From the NCBI RefSeq assembly GCF_009914755.1, contig NC_060948.1: a stretch of DNA of 64,000 bases; one strand, 5' to 3'. The position numbers were made by a program, and so were the translations under genes. Positions 18,320-36,385 of this stretch are shown piece after piece; position 1 is the first letter of the stretch, and the number at the start of each line of letters is the position of its first letter. Under the pieces are notes generated by a model, which worked only from the letters and a program-made list of their open reading frames with translations, did no database searches and was not told the origin of the DNA. The stretch comes from the human T2T-CHM13v2.0 reference genome, Homo sapiens.

Positions 18320-18339
18320 AGGTTTTTGGTTGTTCTTTG

Positions 18340-18488
18340 TTTTGAGATGGGGTTTCACTCTGTCACCCAGGCCAGAGTGCAGTGGCATGATCATAGCTCA
18401 CTGCAGCCTCAAACAGCTGGGTCAAGTGACTGTTCTACCACAGCCTCCTGAGTAGCTGGGACTACAGGCATGCAGCACTATGTCTGGC

Positions 18489-18519
<31 letters not shown>

Positions 18520-18797
18520 GAGACAGAGTCTCACTCTTTCGCTCAGGCCAGAGTGCAGTGGTTATCTCGGCTCACTGCAAGCTCTGCCTCCTGGTTTCAT
18601 GCCATCCTCCTGCCTCAGCCTCCTGAGTAGCTGGGACTACAGGTGCCCAAACCAGGCCCGGCTAATTTTTTGTATTTTTAGTAGAGACCGGGTTTCACCA
18701 TGTTAGCCAGGATGGTCTCGATCTGCTGACCTCGTGATCTGCCCGCCTCGGCCTCCTAAAGTGCTGGGATGACAGGCGTGAGTCACCGCACCTGGCC
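18340..18797 (-). mobile_element. AluJ-like right arm (18340-18490) abutting an AluY (18491-18797)
   Basis: AluY diagnostics 'ctgcaagctc', 'catgccat', 'gttagccaggatggtctcgatc'; long poly(T) at 18491-18519. Confidence 0.9.
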
Positions 18798-19199
18798 TGC
18801 CTTTTCTTTCTAGTGGCACAAGCCCCATGGAGTGTGGTGCGTCCGATCTTCGATGCTTTTGAACAGTGTAGAAAGTATTGCTGTTTGAATTTAATTTTTT
18901 ACTACATGTATGGTCTCGATAGATCACAAGAAGATCAATAAGCCCTTCTCCTTATTCTACTTCCCTTTCTAGCAATGGAGAACTTTGATTGGATGTTTCC
19001 TGCCTACAGACAGGAATGAGTCTGCTGTTTTCTTTTTTAAACCTGAGGGGACTCAGCTTGAGGGCCTCGAGCATGGCCACCCTCCCCCAACCCCCAACTG
19101 GTGATTCTGGTGGTGGTGGTGGTTTTGTGTTCCAGCTTCTGTTTTGTTGTTGTTGTTGCTGCTGCTGCTGCTGGTCCTGTCATCATTGTTTTGGTATTT

Positions 19200-19500
19200 T
19201 ACAGACTCAGGAGGTGTACGTGCTTGTTTGTTAGATCGGCATACTACTGCCTCCAGTTGTAGAAGTGGACCTCCAGTGTATCCAATACCCACGTGGTGAA
19301 CGTTGTCTCCGACGGGTGATTTATTCATTCCTCGTCCCCTTCCTACCCTCCTCCTCCCTTTTGGAGTGTCTGTTATTTCCATCTTGATGACCATGTGCGT
19401 ACCCACTGTTTACCTCCCACTTGTAAGCAGAAGGCAGTTCACTGGGTACATACTTGCTTCCAGCTCTATCCATGTTGTGGGAAAAGACGTGAAATTGCTC
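19200..19500 (-). mobile_element. Old L1 3'UTR fragment
   Basis: 'tacctcccacttgtaagcagaa', 'ttccagctctatccatgttgt' resemble an antisense L1PB/L1MA 3'UTR. Confidence 0.6.
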
Positions 19501-20567
19501 TTTTTTGTGCCTGTACCATTGGAGAATTTTAACTTTCTTGGTGGTTGTTTTTCTTTTTTCTTTTCTTTTCTTTTCTCTTCTTTTCTTTAATTTTCTTTTC
19601 TTTCTTCGTCCTCCTCCTCCTTCTTTTTTCATTTTTTTCAGCTGGGCTCTCCTACTTTTGTTGCTCAGTTGCTCAGGCTGTTCTCAAACTCCTGGCCTTG
19701 AAACTTCCCCCGTCACATCCACCATCTAGTTGTTGAAATGAACATCTCTTGTAAAATTGAAAAGATGAAAAAAATAAAGAGAAAGACAAAAAGCAAGGGG
19801 TGAACGTTTCTCTTGCCACCTCCCAGGGTGTACCTTGGACCCGATAGGAGGGAGGGAGCTTGGCTGGGTGGGTTTTTGTTGCTAAATCCTCCCTAGGGCC
19901 TCCTTCCCTCTCCTCCTTGTCCCCACTTCTCCCCCAGCCAAGGCTCCCACCGCCGCCATGGGATTTTCCATGGGAGAGATATGCGAGAGGACAGATGCGG
20001 CTTCCAGATCTATATCCTGCCAGACGTCTCTGGCTCAGAATCCCCCACCAGCTGCCTACCACCTTCCAGAGAGCTCTGAGGCCGATGCCCCGCCCCCCTT
20101 CACATCCCGCCACCCTCCTCTGGCTGGCCTTTGCCCAGCGACCCCAAGGGAACCGCGTTGACACTCCTTTCGAATCCTCCAGCGAAGACTTCCACCAGAT
20201 GCCCCGGGTGGGCCGGATGGGATGGACTGGATCACCCCGGACTGTGCTGTTCTTGGGGGTTGGTTGACGTACATGGTGGACTGGCAGCCCCAGCATTGTA
20301 AAGGGTGCCCAGGTATGGAAATGTCACATAGGATGCCCTCCTTTCCGTCAGCCTGCCTTCAGCTTCCTCAGGCATGAAGACAACTTCCCATCAGAACCTC
20401 TTTTCTTCCCTTTCTCCACCACAGAGATGAGATGCATGAGAGGGAGAAACAGCTCAATAGATACTTCTGAACTTCATTTGTGGAATCCTCAGTCATCTAC
20501 AAACAGAGAGGTGACTAGACAGGGTCCCAAATCAAACACCACTTCCAGGTCCTCACGGTGGGATTGG

Positions 20568-20618
<51 letters not shown>

Positions 20619-20752
20619 CAATTTCCACATCTAGTTCACAAACCACACTAATTTACCCTTTTCACAGTATGCAGTCTGAGTAAAACACACCCCAGCCTCT
20701 ACCCAGCGGCTGACGAAACCTCTTCTCTACAAATTATTAAAAAGATTATCTG

Positions 20753-25850
<5,098 letters not shown>

Positions 25851-27104
25851 ATGCATTCTTTTCCGTGCTGACTGACACTTGCAGGCATCGGTTGTCTTCA
25901 GGCATCACTTAGTGGCCACTGTTATTGAAAGTCGATGTGACACAGAGGGAGGTCTCCTGGACTTCACCGAGCCTGGGGCAACGGGTTTCTCTCTCTCCCT
26001 TCTGGAGGCCCCTCCCTCTCTACCTGGTTGCCTAGGGAACCTCCGCCCTGGCGGGGGCCCTATTGTTCTTTGATTAGCGCTTTAGTTTTCTTTGTGTGTT
26101 GGTTTCTTTCATGCGCATTGACTCTTCTACTTGGGTTTTAGGAGGGGTCAATTTAATTTTCAAGTCGCTGCCTGGCTCCCCCCATTACCTATGTCCCTTT
26201 ACCTTCATTTAGTGAATCACTTAGGTGGGTTCCCCCCAAAACCCCTACCCCCCGCCTCCCAACACCCTGCTTGGAAACCTTCCAGAGCCACCCAGGTGCG
26301 CCTCCCTCTTCTCTCCCCTTCTCCCACCCCTTGCCAGAGATCTCATTCTTGCCAGGCTGACATTTGCAACGTTGGGCGTCAGGCCTCACTCAGTGGCCAT
26401 GGTTTTTGAAGATGGGGGTGGCACGGTCCCACTTCCCCAGAGACAGCTTGGGCCGATGGCATAGCCCTTGACCCGTGTGGGCAAGCGGGCAGGTCTGCAG
26501 TTTTGGGGTTTTCCCCAGCTTCCTTCTTCAGGCCTCCCTCCCTAGGAAAGCTTCACCCTGGCTGGGTCTCAATCACTTTTTATCATGATGTTTTAGTTTC
26601 TCGCCCTCCTGCTGGCATAGTTTCACAATGGGAATGGGGTCACAGCTCTAGTCTGGACCTTCTTAGTATTTGCCCAAAATTGAAACGCTTTCTGAAAACT
26701 AATACTTTGCTCACTTAAGATTTCCAGGGACGGTGCCTTGGTCCGTGTTTGTTGTTTTGTTTTGTTTGTGTTTTTCCTTTTTCGTATGTATTTCTTTTCA
26801 GATGAAGTAGAAATCCCCAGTTTTCAGGAGGACATATATTTTCCCCAAGACATGTTAGCTGCTGTTTTCTCCTGTTGTTAACTAGCGCTTTTGTGAATCT
26901 CTCAACGTGTGGTGAGAGCCGGTTGATATTTACTATACTTCAGAGCATCTTATTTTCTGGAAATACGTAAGTGAATGCTGCTGCTGCTCTTGCTGCTGCT
27001 GTTGCTCTTGTCGCTGTTGTTGTTGTTGTTTTCAAAGACCACCCTAGACACCGTTTACGGGATCAAAAGCATTATAAAATATGTGTAATTATTTCCTGAT
27101 CATG

Positions 27105-28300
27105 CCCTTCCTCCTCCTCTCTCTGTCTCTCTGTCTGTCTCTGTCTCTCTCTTTCTCTGTCTCTCTCTCTCTCTGCCTATTTCTCTCTCTCTCTCTGCCT
27201 GTCTCTCTCACTGTGCCTGTCTTCTGTCTTACTCCCTTTCTCTGCCTGTCTGTCTCTCTCTCTGTGCTTGTCTGTCTTTCACTGTCTCTCTCTCTCCGTG
27301 TCTGTTTCTCTCCATCTCTGTCTCTGTCTCTCTTTCTGTCTGTTTCTCTCGGTCTCTCTCCCTCCATCTCTGTCTGTCTCTTTCTTTCTCTCTGTCTCTA
27401 TCTCTCTCTCTGCCTGTCTCTCTCACTGTGTCTGTCTTCTATCTTACTCTCTTTCTCTGCCTGCCTGTCTCTCTCTCTCTGTTTCTCTCTGTCTCTCTCT
27501 GTCCATCTCTGTCTTTCTCTGTCTGTCTCTTTTTCTGTCTGTATCTCTCTTTCTCTGTCTCGCTGTCTCTGTCTCTCTCTCTCTGTCTCTCTCACTGTGT
27601 CTGTCTTCTGTCTTATTCTCTTTCTCTGCCTGTCTGTCTGTCTGTCTGTTGGTCTCTCTCTCTTGCTCTCTCTCCCTGTCTCTCTGTTTGTCTCTCTCTC
27701 TCCCTGTTTTTTTCTCTCTTGTTTTTTTCTCTCTCTCTCTTTGCCTGTCTGTTTCTCTGTCTCTGTCTCTCTGTCTCTCTCTCTCTCCCTGTCTCTCTCT
27801 CTGTGTCTGTCTTCTGTCTTACTTTCTCTGCCTGTCTGTCTGTCTGTCTCTTTCTCTCCTTGTCTGTTTCTCTCTCTGTCTCTGTCTCTCTCTTTCTGTC
27901 TGTTTCTCTCTCTCCCGCTGTCTGTCTCTGTCTTTCTCTCTCTGTCTCTCTCTCTGTCTCTTTCTTTCTCTCTGTTTCTCCATCTGTCTCTGTCTCTCTC
28001 TCTTTGTGTGTGTGTCTGCCTTCTGTCTTACTCTCTTTCTCTGCCTGTCGGTCTTCCTGTCTGTCTGTCTCTCTCTGTCTCTCTCTCTCTCTGTCTCTCT
28101 CTCTGTCTCTATCTCTCTTTCTGTTTCTCTCTCTGTCCATCTCTGTCTTTCTCTGTGTCTTTATCTGTCTGTCTGTCTCTCTCTCTCTCTGTTTTTTTCT
28201 CTTTGTGTATCTTTGTATCTCTCTGTCTGTCTCTCTCTGTCTCTGTCTCTCTCTTTCTTGCTCACTCTCTCGCTCTTGCTATCTCCCGCCCTCTCTTTCT
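27105..28300 (+). repeat. IGS polypyrimidine [CT/CTGT]n block 2
   Basis: Same subunit structure as block 1. Confidence 0.95.
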
Positions 28301-29593
28301 TTGCAAAATAAGTTCAAGTACATCTAATCTAATCCATTACCATGGCCTGAATTCTTAACTTTAGACATCCCAGATATGATCTCCCTACAGAATGCTGTAC
28401 AGAACTGGTGAGTTGATTTCTGGACTTGGAAACCTCATAGATACTACATATTAATAAAGATCCAACCCTAAAATCTGGGGTTGCCTCTCCCTCAACTGTC
28501 TCAAAAAGGCATATATCTGTTCACCTAGGATGCTGGGAGGGTTTTCTCAATGTGCATCTGCTCGTGTCCTACATGACCTGTGACCAAGCCCTGTCCGTTC
28601 TGTCTCAAATATGTATCTGCAAACACTTCTCTCCATTTCCACAACTACCCACAGCCCACTGTGGAACCACTGGCCCTTTGAAAAAAATCCCAGAGGTGGC
28701 TTTGGCTTTTTGGCTAGGAGGCCTAAACCTGCTGAGAACTTTCCTGCCCAGGATCCTGTGTGAACAAAAGTGCCTCTGCTGGGAGCTGGGATCCTTGGGA
28801 CCATGCTTGCTAGTGCTGGATGAGTCTCTGGAAGGAAGCATGGGACTCCGCAAAGCTGACTTCTCCCACTGAGGTCAAATGGATACCTCTGCATTGGCCC
28901 AAGGCCTCCAACTTACATCACCGTCATCATCACTGTCAGCATCCTTGTGAGCCTGCCCAAGGGCCCGACTCCAGGGAGACTCTTGGGAGCCCTGCCGTCC
29001 TCAGCTAAAGTCCAAAGGGATGGCGACTTCCACTCACAAGGTCCCCACTGAACTGCAAAGATGTGGAGCATAGGTCAGAGAGGGGACCAGGAGGGAAGGC
29101 GTCCTGACAGGCGATGAGTTCCCTAGGCTCTGGCCACCCCACTCACGTCCCACGTCCCGGGCACCCGTGGGACACCGCCGCTTTATCACCTCCTTTGTCC
29201 ACAGCTGGCCCCACCCCATCCTGTAACCCAGGCACACACGCTGGAGGTTATAAAACCACATGGCGTTAATAGAGCCTGACCGAGGGAGAGCTCATTTCAC
29301 GAGGCAGAGGGGTGCGGTGGGGTGGGGTGGGGGTTGGGGGGTCTGTAGAAAGCCTGATTCTCCCTCGTGGGTGGCTACAGGATGCAAATGAATATCGCTT
29401 CTTGGGCGGAGGGGCTTCCTTAGGCCATCACGTTTGCGGGGCTATCTCTCAAACCCTTCCTTGAGGCCACAGAATAGATTCCACCACACCCCTCCACCTT
29501 TCCCCAGGTGCTGGATGTATCCTGTCAAGAGACCTGAGCCTGACACATTGAGTTAAACACCTTTATTGTCTTTGTGTGTTTGTTTGTTTCTGA

Positions 29594-29956
<363 letters not shown>

Positions 29957-30529
29957 TAGTTAGAATAAAGTTGCTCAGTATTTAGAGTTACCTAAATAAG
30001 TCAGCATTTAAACTTCTCCTAGTAAAAGCTTGCCGATCTGAATAATCCTCCTTTAAACACAATTTTTGATATGGTTAAGTTTTTTAAGAATGCGCCTCTT
30101 GCAAAATAGCTGAACAGACAATACACATTTAAAAAAGAACAACACAAGGATCAACCAGACTTGAGAAAAAATCAAAAACAACACAAGTCTTATGAAGAAC
30201 TGAGTTCTTAAAATATTACGGAGAACATAGCTATCGGAAGAGAAGGCAGTATTGGCAAGTTGATTGTTACATTGGTTAGCAAAAGCTAGCACTTTTTTTG
30301 GCAATCTTTCAGGCACTGCAACTACTACTGTAAAATGAGATATAATCCATTAAACAACATATTCACAAATCAAAAAATGTTTTAGTAATATAATGCTTCA
30401 GATTTAGAAGGAAATCAAGTGATAAACCACTGCTATAATAATTAACCCCAAAGATAACCGTATCTGACAAAAACTACCACAGAGTTATGACTTCAGAATT
30501 ATACTTTCTCTTGATATTTATTTATTTAT

Positions 30530-30833
30530 TTATTTTATTGTATTTTTTTTTCTTGAGACAGCGTCTCACTCTGTGGCCCAGGCTGGAGTGCAATGGCATA
30601 ATCTTGGCTCACTGCAACATCCACTTCCTGGGTTCAAGCGATTCTCCTGCCTCAGCCTCCTGAGTAGCTGAGACTACAGGCACCTACCACCATGCCCAGC
30701 TAATTTTTATACTTTTAATAGAGATGGGGTTTCACCATGTTGGCCAGGATGGTCTTGATCTCTTGACCTTGTGAGCCACCCGCCTCGGCCTCCCAAAGTG
30801 CTGGGATGACAGGCATGAGCCACCGTGCCTGGC
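30530..30833 (-). mobile_element. AluS within the 3' part of the CDC27 retrocopy
   Basis: Full dimeric Alu flanked by a direct repeat 'ttctcttgatattta' (~30506 and ~30835). Confidence 0.9.
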
Positions 30834-33545
30834 ATTCTCTTGATATTTAAGCTTTTAAGTCAGTCCAGAAAAAATACAATAAATGTCAACAGTAAGTATG
30901 GTGTTGAGGCAGAAGTAGGATCAAAATTTTTCATGTTATTCAGTTGATAACAATATGACCTGGTAGTAATTTCCTATGTGTCTACTTATACCCAAGTACA
31001 AAAAAGTAAAATAGAGATACTGCTAAATAAAAGGGTACACTAAGTTCTTAATAGTAACTCAATAAACTGGAACACTGTCAAAAAGCAGCAACTAGTGATT
31101 TTTTTCAGTGTTTTTTTCTATTACCCAGTAAGTGAATTATGCTATTCCTTTCCAATTTCCCAAGCACTTTTTGTCCCAATCACCATTTCTGTGTTCGAAG
31201 AAAAAGTAGCAAATCAATTAACAAAACTAAACAAGCAAACAAACAAAACCCAACTACGGTATCTGCAAAAGTTTGGTAGAAGACTGAAAATGTTGAGTGT
31301 AAGGATCTGGTATTCTATTATCATTAGTTAACTTAAGAGTTTGTTAAAGACATTCATTTCATAAGAAAACATGTTAGTTTGAAGTTATTGAACAGTATGT
31401 ATCACCCCTAAGTATTAGTAACCACATTCATGACAATAAAGAGCTATCTAACAAAAAAAATTATTGACTACCAGCACCATCAACAAGACTTTGTCTTTAC
31501 ACTTCATTACCACTTACCATATATTATAATGTCTAGGATTGACTCTGATAGTATTTCAAAAACAAGCTAATGCTTTGTCCATTCTTCAGTTAAGACAAAC
31601 TCATGCCCTAATAGAGTATAGGCATAAGCATAATTTGGATCCACTTGGATAGCTCTCTGGAAGAATTTAATTGCAATATCGTGTTCCTGTTGCAGACTAA
31701 AACAGTTCCCTGCAGCACACCAGGCCTCTGGTGAATTTTTATCCATGTCTGTTAAGTCTTTTGACAGAACTGAAAGAGCAACATGTTTTTGAAGATGCCA
31801 AAGTGTTGTAGAGTAGATTTCCATGGCTTTGACTCTATAATTCTCAATCCTTCTAACCTCTGAGAATATTCTTTCAGCTTGCATGTACACTGAAAGTTCA
31901 AAATAGACCCTTCCAATTTGGCACAGTACGCAACCAGAATTGTAGTGGTGAGAAGGTAGATGGCTCAAAATATTTATAGCTTCTTTGCAGTGGTATGAAC
32001 ACAAAGCTAAATAACCTTTCCCCTTTTCAGGAAGAAGCCTCATCAAGCCTTCTGCTGCTGCTTTTTGTAGATTAATGCCTGAATCTCAGGTGTGATTGTG
32101 GATATTTTCCCTTCTGAGTTGATGGAAGAGTCCATTTTTGTAATTTCCAGGCTGTCATTTATATTAGGCTGAGATATTCCTCCTTTATTTGTTTCACTTT
32201 TTGTTTTTCTGTTTGGGATTTTAAGTGGAAACTTCATTTTTAATTTCTTCCTATTCTTCTTGGTTGTGGAACTGTCACTAGTAAAGAGTTGTGAACTTTT
32301 TTGATGCAGTGCATTTGGGGGAGATGTCATAGTGGGGCTCAATACCTGAGGTGTTGTACTTGTTTAGGGACCAGGACTTTCTGTTTGTGAAAGAATTGGA
32401 GTTACCTCTCGGCTATTTCCACTCTGTGAGAAGACAGATTTTGCTGCAGTTTGGCCGATTCTGGCAACAGATTTTTTGAAGGGTCTCCGGTGGATGACAC
32501 ATCAATTACAGAAGGTGTATCAGTGTAGTTTTGGAAATAGGATCCATCTCAAGGACTTGGGGTTTCTAATGGCAAAATCCCAGAACTTGGGGTTAATGGA
32601 CTAAGAGCTGCTGGTCCTCTTAATAAACTTCGACCAGTTTTTGGTTTATTTTGAACCTGTTTAGATAATATGGAAGTTCCTATTCCCAGTGGGACAGTAT
32701 CAGGTGAAATTACAGCTGAATCAATAGAAGACACTGGGGAATCTGTGTTCAAGGAATACTTTGAATTGGAAGATTCTAAATTCAATCTGTTTAATTCAGT
32801 TGTGTCCTGGGGTGTTTCCGTAAGAAAGGTCTCAGGCTGTTTGTGACATAAACTATGATTAGGTACTTGTGTTGTGCAAGAGTTGGGCAGACAGTTGCTA
32901 AAGTTCTGTAAAGATGTGAATTTAAATGTTTGGTCAGGATATGGATTTTCATCTATTTCACATAATGATTCAAGGGATACCAGATGAAAGGATTTAAACT
33001 AAGGCTCTTTTGGTAGTATTCTGATCCTTTGACAAGCCGATCTGTCTTGCAATATACATGTCCCAACAATGGAAGGGGAAAGCAAGCTGAATCACCAAAC
33101 TTGGTAACAATATCATCATGGCTTTTCTGCTTATGAAACACCCCACCAGATAAGATTTGTTCCCCTTCTGCAAGCTTGCTGAGATCAACACAACATTTTG
33201 CAAGCAGGTATTTGCATTGCGGTGTAGGAAAACTGTGTACTTTGAAGAGACTATATGCGTTATAGGCCTTTCCTGGGTAGTAAGAACAGGTCGCCAGTAA
33301 AAACAAGGCTTCTTCTGAGTGTACTTCTGCATAAAGGCATTCTGCGGGGAAAACCCCATCTAGGTAAGCATAGTGGTTTAGTGCTTCCCATATAGCAGGC
33401 TGGACGGGTTCCTGCAGCACCGTCATCCTCGAGGCTCAGACCCAATTTCTGCAGTGCCTCAGGTACCCCTTCCACCCCTCCCACCTCCCTCCCCTCAATA
33501 GCGTCTCCGGCCCGGCCAGCCTGGGCTCATTTAAACTCACCAGTT

Positions 33546-34740
33546 TTGTGGGTTGCCTGTTCACTCTGATGGTAGTTTCTTTTGCTGTACAGAAGCTCTT
33601 TAGTTTAATTAGATCCCATTTGTCAATTTTGGCTTTTGTTGCCATTGCTTTTGGTGTTTTAGACATGAAGTCCTTGCCCAGGCCTATGTCCTGAAAGGTA
33701 ATACCTAGGTTTTCTTCTAGTGTTTTTATGGTTTCAGGTCTAACATTTAAGTCTTTAATCCATCTTGAATTGATTTTTGTATAAGGTGTAAGGAAGAGAT
33801 CCAGTTTCAGCTTTCTACATATGGCTAGCCAGTTTTCCCAGGACCATTTATTAAATAGGGAATCCTTTCCCCATTGCTTGTTTTTCTCAGGTTTGTCAAA
33901 GATCAGATAGTTGTAGATTTGTGGCATTATTTCTGAGGGCTCTGTTCTGTTCCATTGATCTATATCTCTGTTTTGGTAACAGTACCATGCTGTTTTGGTT
34001 ACTGTAGTCTTGTAGTATAGTTTGAAGTCAGGTAGTGTGATGCCTCCAGCTTTGTTCTTTCGGCTTAGGATTGACTTGGAGATGTAGGCTCTTTTTTGGT
34101 CCATATGAACTTTAAAGTAGCTTTTTCCAATTCTGTGAAGAAAGTCATTGGTAGCTTGATGGGGATGGCAAAGGGATCTAGAACTAGAAATACCATTTGA
34201 CCCAGCCATCGCATTACTGGGTATATACCCAAAGGACTATAAATCATGCTGCTATAAAGACACATACACATGTATGTTTATTGTGGCACTATTCACAATA
34301 GCAAAGACTTGGAACCAATTCAAATGTCCAACTATGATAGACTGGATTAAGAAAATGTGACACATATACACCGTGGAATACTATGCAGCCATAAAAAATG
34401 ATGAGTTCATGTCCTTTGTAGGGACATGGATGAAATTGGAAATCATCATTCTCAGTAAACTATCACAAGGACAAAAAACCAAACACCACATGTTCTCACT
34501 CATAGGTGGGTATTGAACAATGAGAACACATGGACACAGGAAGGGGAACATCACACTCTGGGAACTGTTGTGGGGTGGGGGAGGGGGGCAGGGATAGCAT
34601 TAGGAGATAATATGTAGTGTTAGATGACGAGTTAATGGGTGTAGCACACCAGCATGGCACATGTATACATATGTAACTAACCTGCACATTGTGCGCATGT
34701 CCCCTAAAATTTAAAGTATAATAATAATAATAATAATAAA
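33546..34740 (+). mobile_element. 5'-truncated, 5'-inverted L1 (L1PA3-like)
   Basis: Inverted ORF2 piece 33546-34170, then sense 3' piece 34171-34740 with an (AAT)n tail. TSD taaactcaccagtt at 33532 and 34741; 3' diagnostic 'gtaactaacctgcacattgtg'. Confidence 0.92.
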
Positions 34741-35308
34741 TAAACTCACCAGTTACCAGGGGATGGGGGAGGCCAAGCCAGAATGACTTCTTTACCCTGC
34801 CAACTCTGGGAAGCCCAGCCCCTTGTGATCCATTGCAAAGCAAGAGTCACCTCATATTTGGAAAACGAATGCACTCCCAAGTTCAGTGGAGGGATGTGGC
34901 ATGTAGGATGAAGGACTCTCTTCCTTCTGATTTGGTCTGCATAGTGGGGCCTAGGGCTGGAGCTCTCTCTGTGCGGACTGCTGACTCCCTCTACCTTGGG
35001 TTCCATTGGCCCCAGCCTGGGACATGGGCCTTGGCAGATTCTGGCCCTTCCTGGCCCTTACGTCGCTGTCAGAAACCCCATCTTGTGCTCGGATGCCCCA
35101 GTGACTGTGGCTCGTGCCTTTCTGGAAACACTGGAAATCTCTCCTCTATGCATGGTCACCTAAAACCCCAGGAGCTCAGGACACAGGGCCGCCATCCACC
35201 TCACTGCTTTCAGAAGAGAATGCTGAGAGTCTCTTACAGACTCTCTCTTGACTTGAGTTCTTCATGGGTGTGTGGTTAAGATGTAGTGAGACCAGATGTA
35301 TTAACTCA

Positions 35309-36360
<1,052 letters not shown>

Positions 36361-36385
36361 CTCCCCCTTCCCCCCTCCAGCTTAT

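Noticed and set aside
28325-28335. TAATCTAATCC as a DUX4 binding site near DUX pseudogenes
   Set aside because: Mismatch at the conserved final A; a single hit is expected by chance.
33436-34209. 257-aa ORF as an L1-CDC27 fusion gene
   Set aside because: Chimeric frame created by the L1 inversion junction; it stops before the CDC27 ATG and has no promoter evidence.
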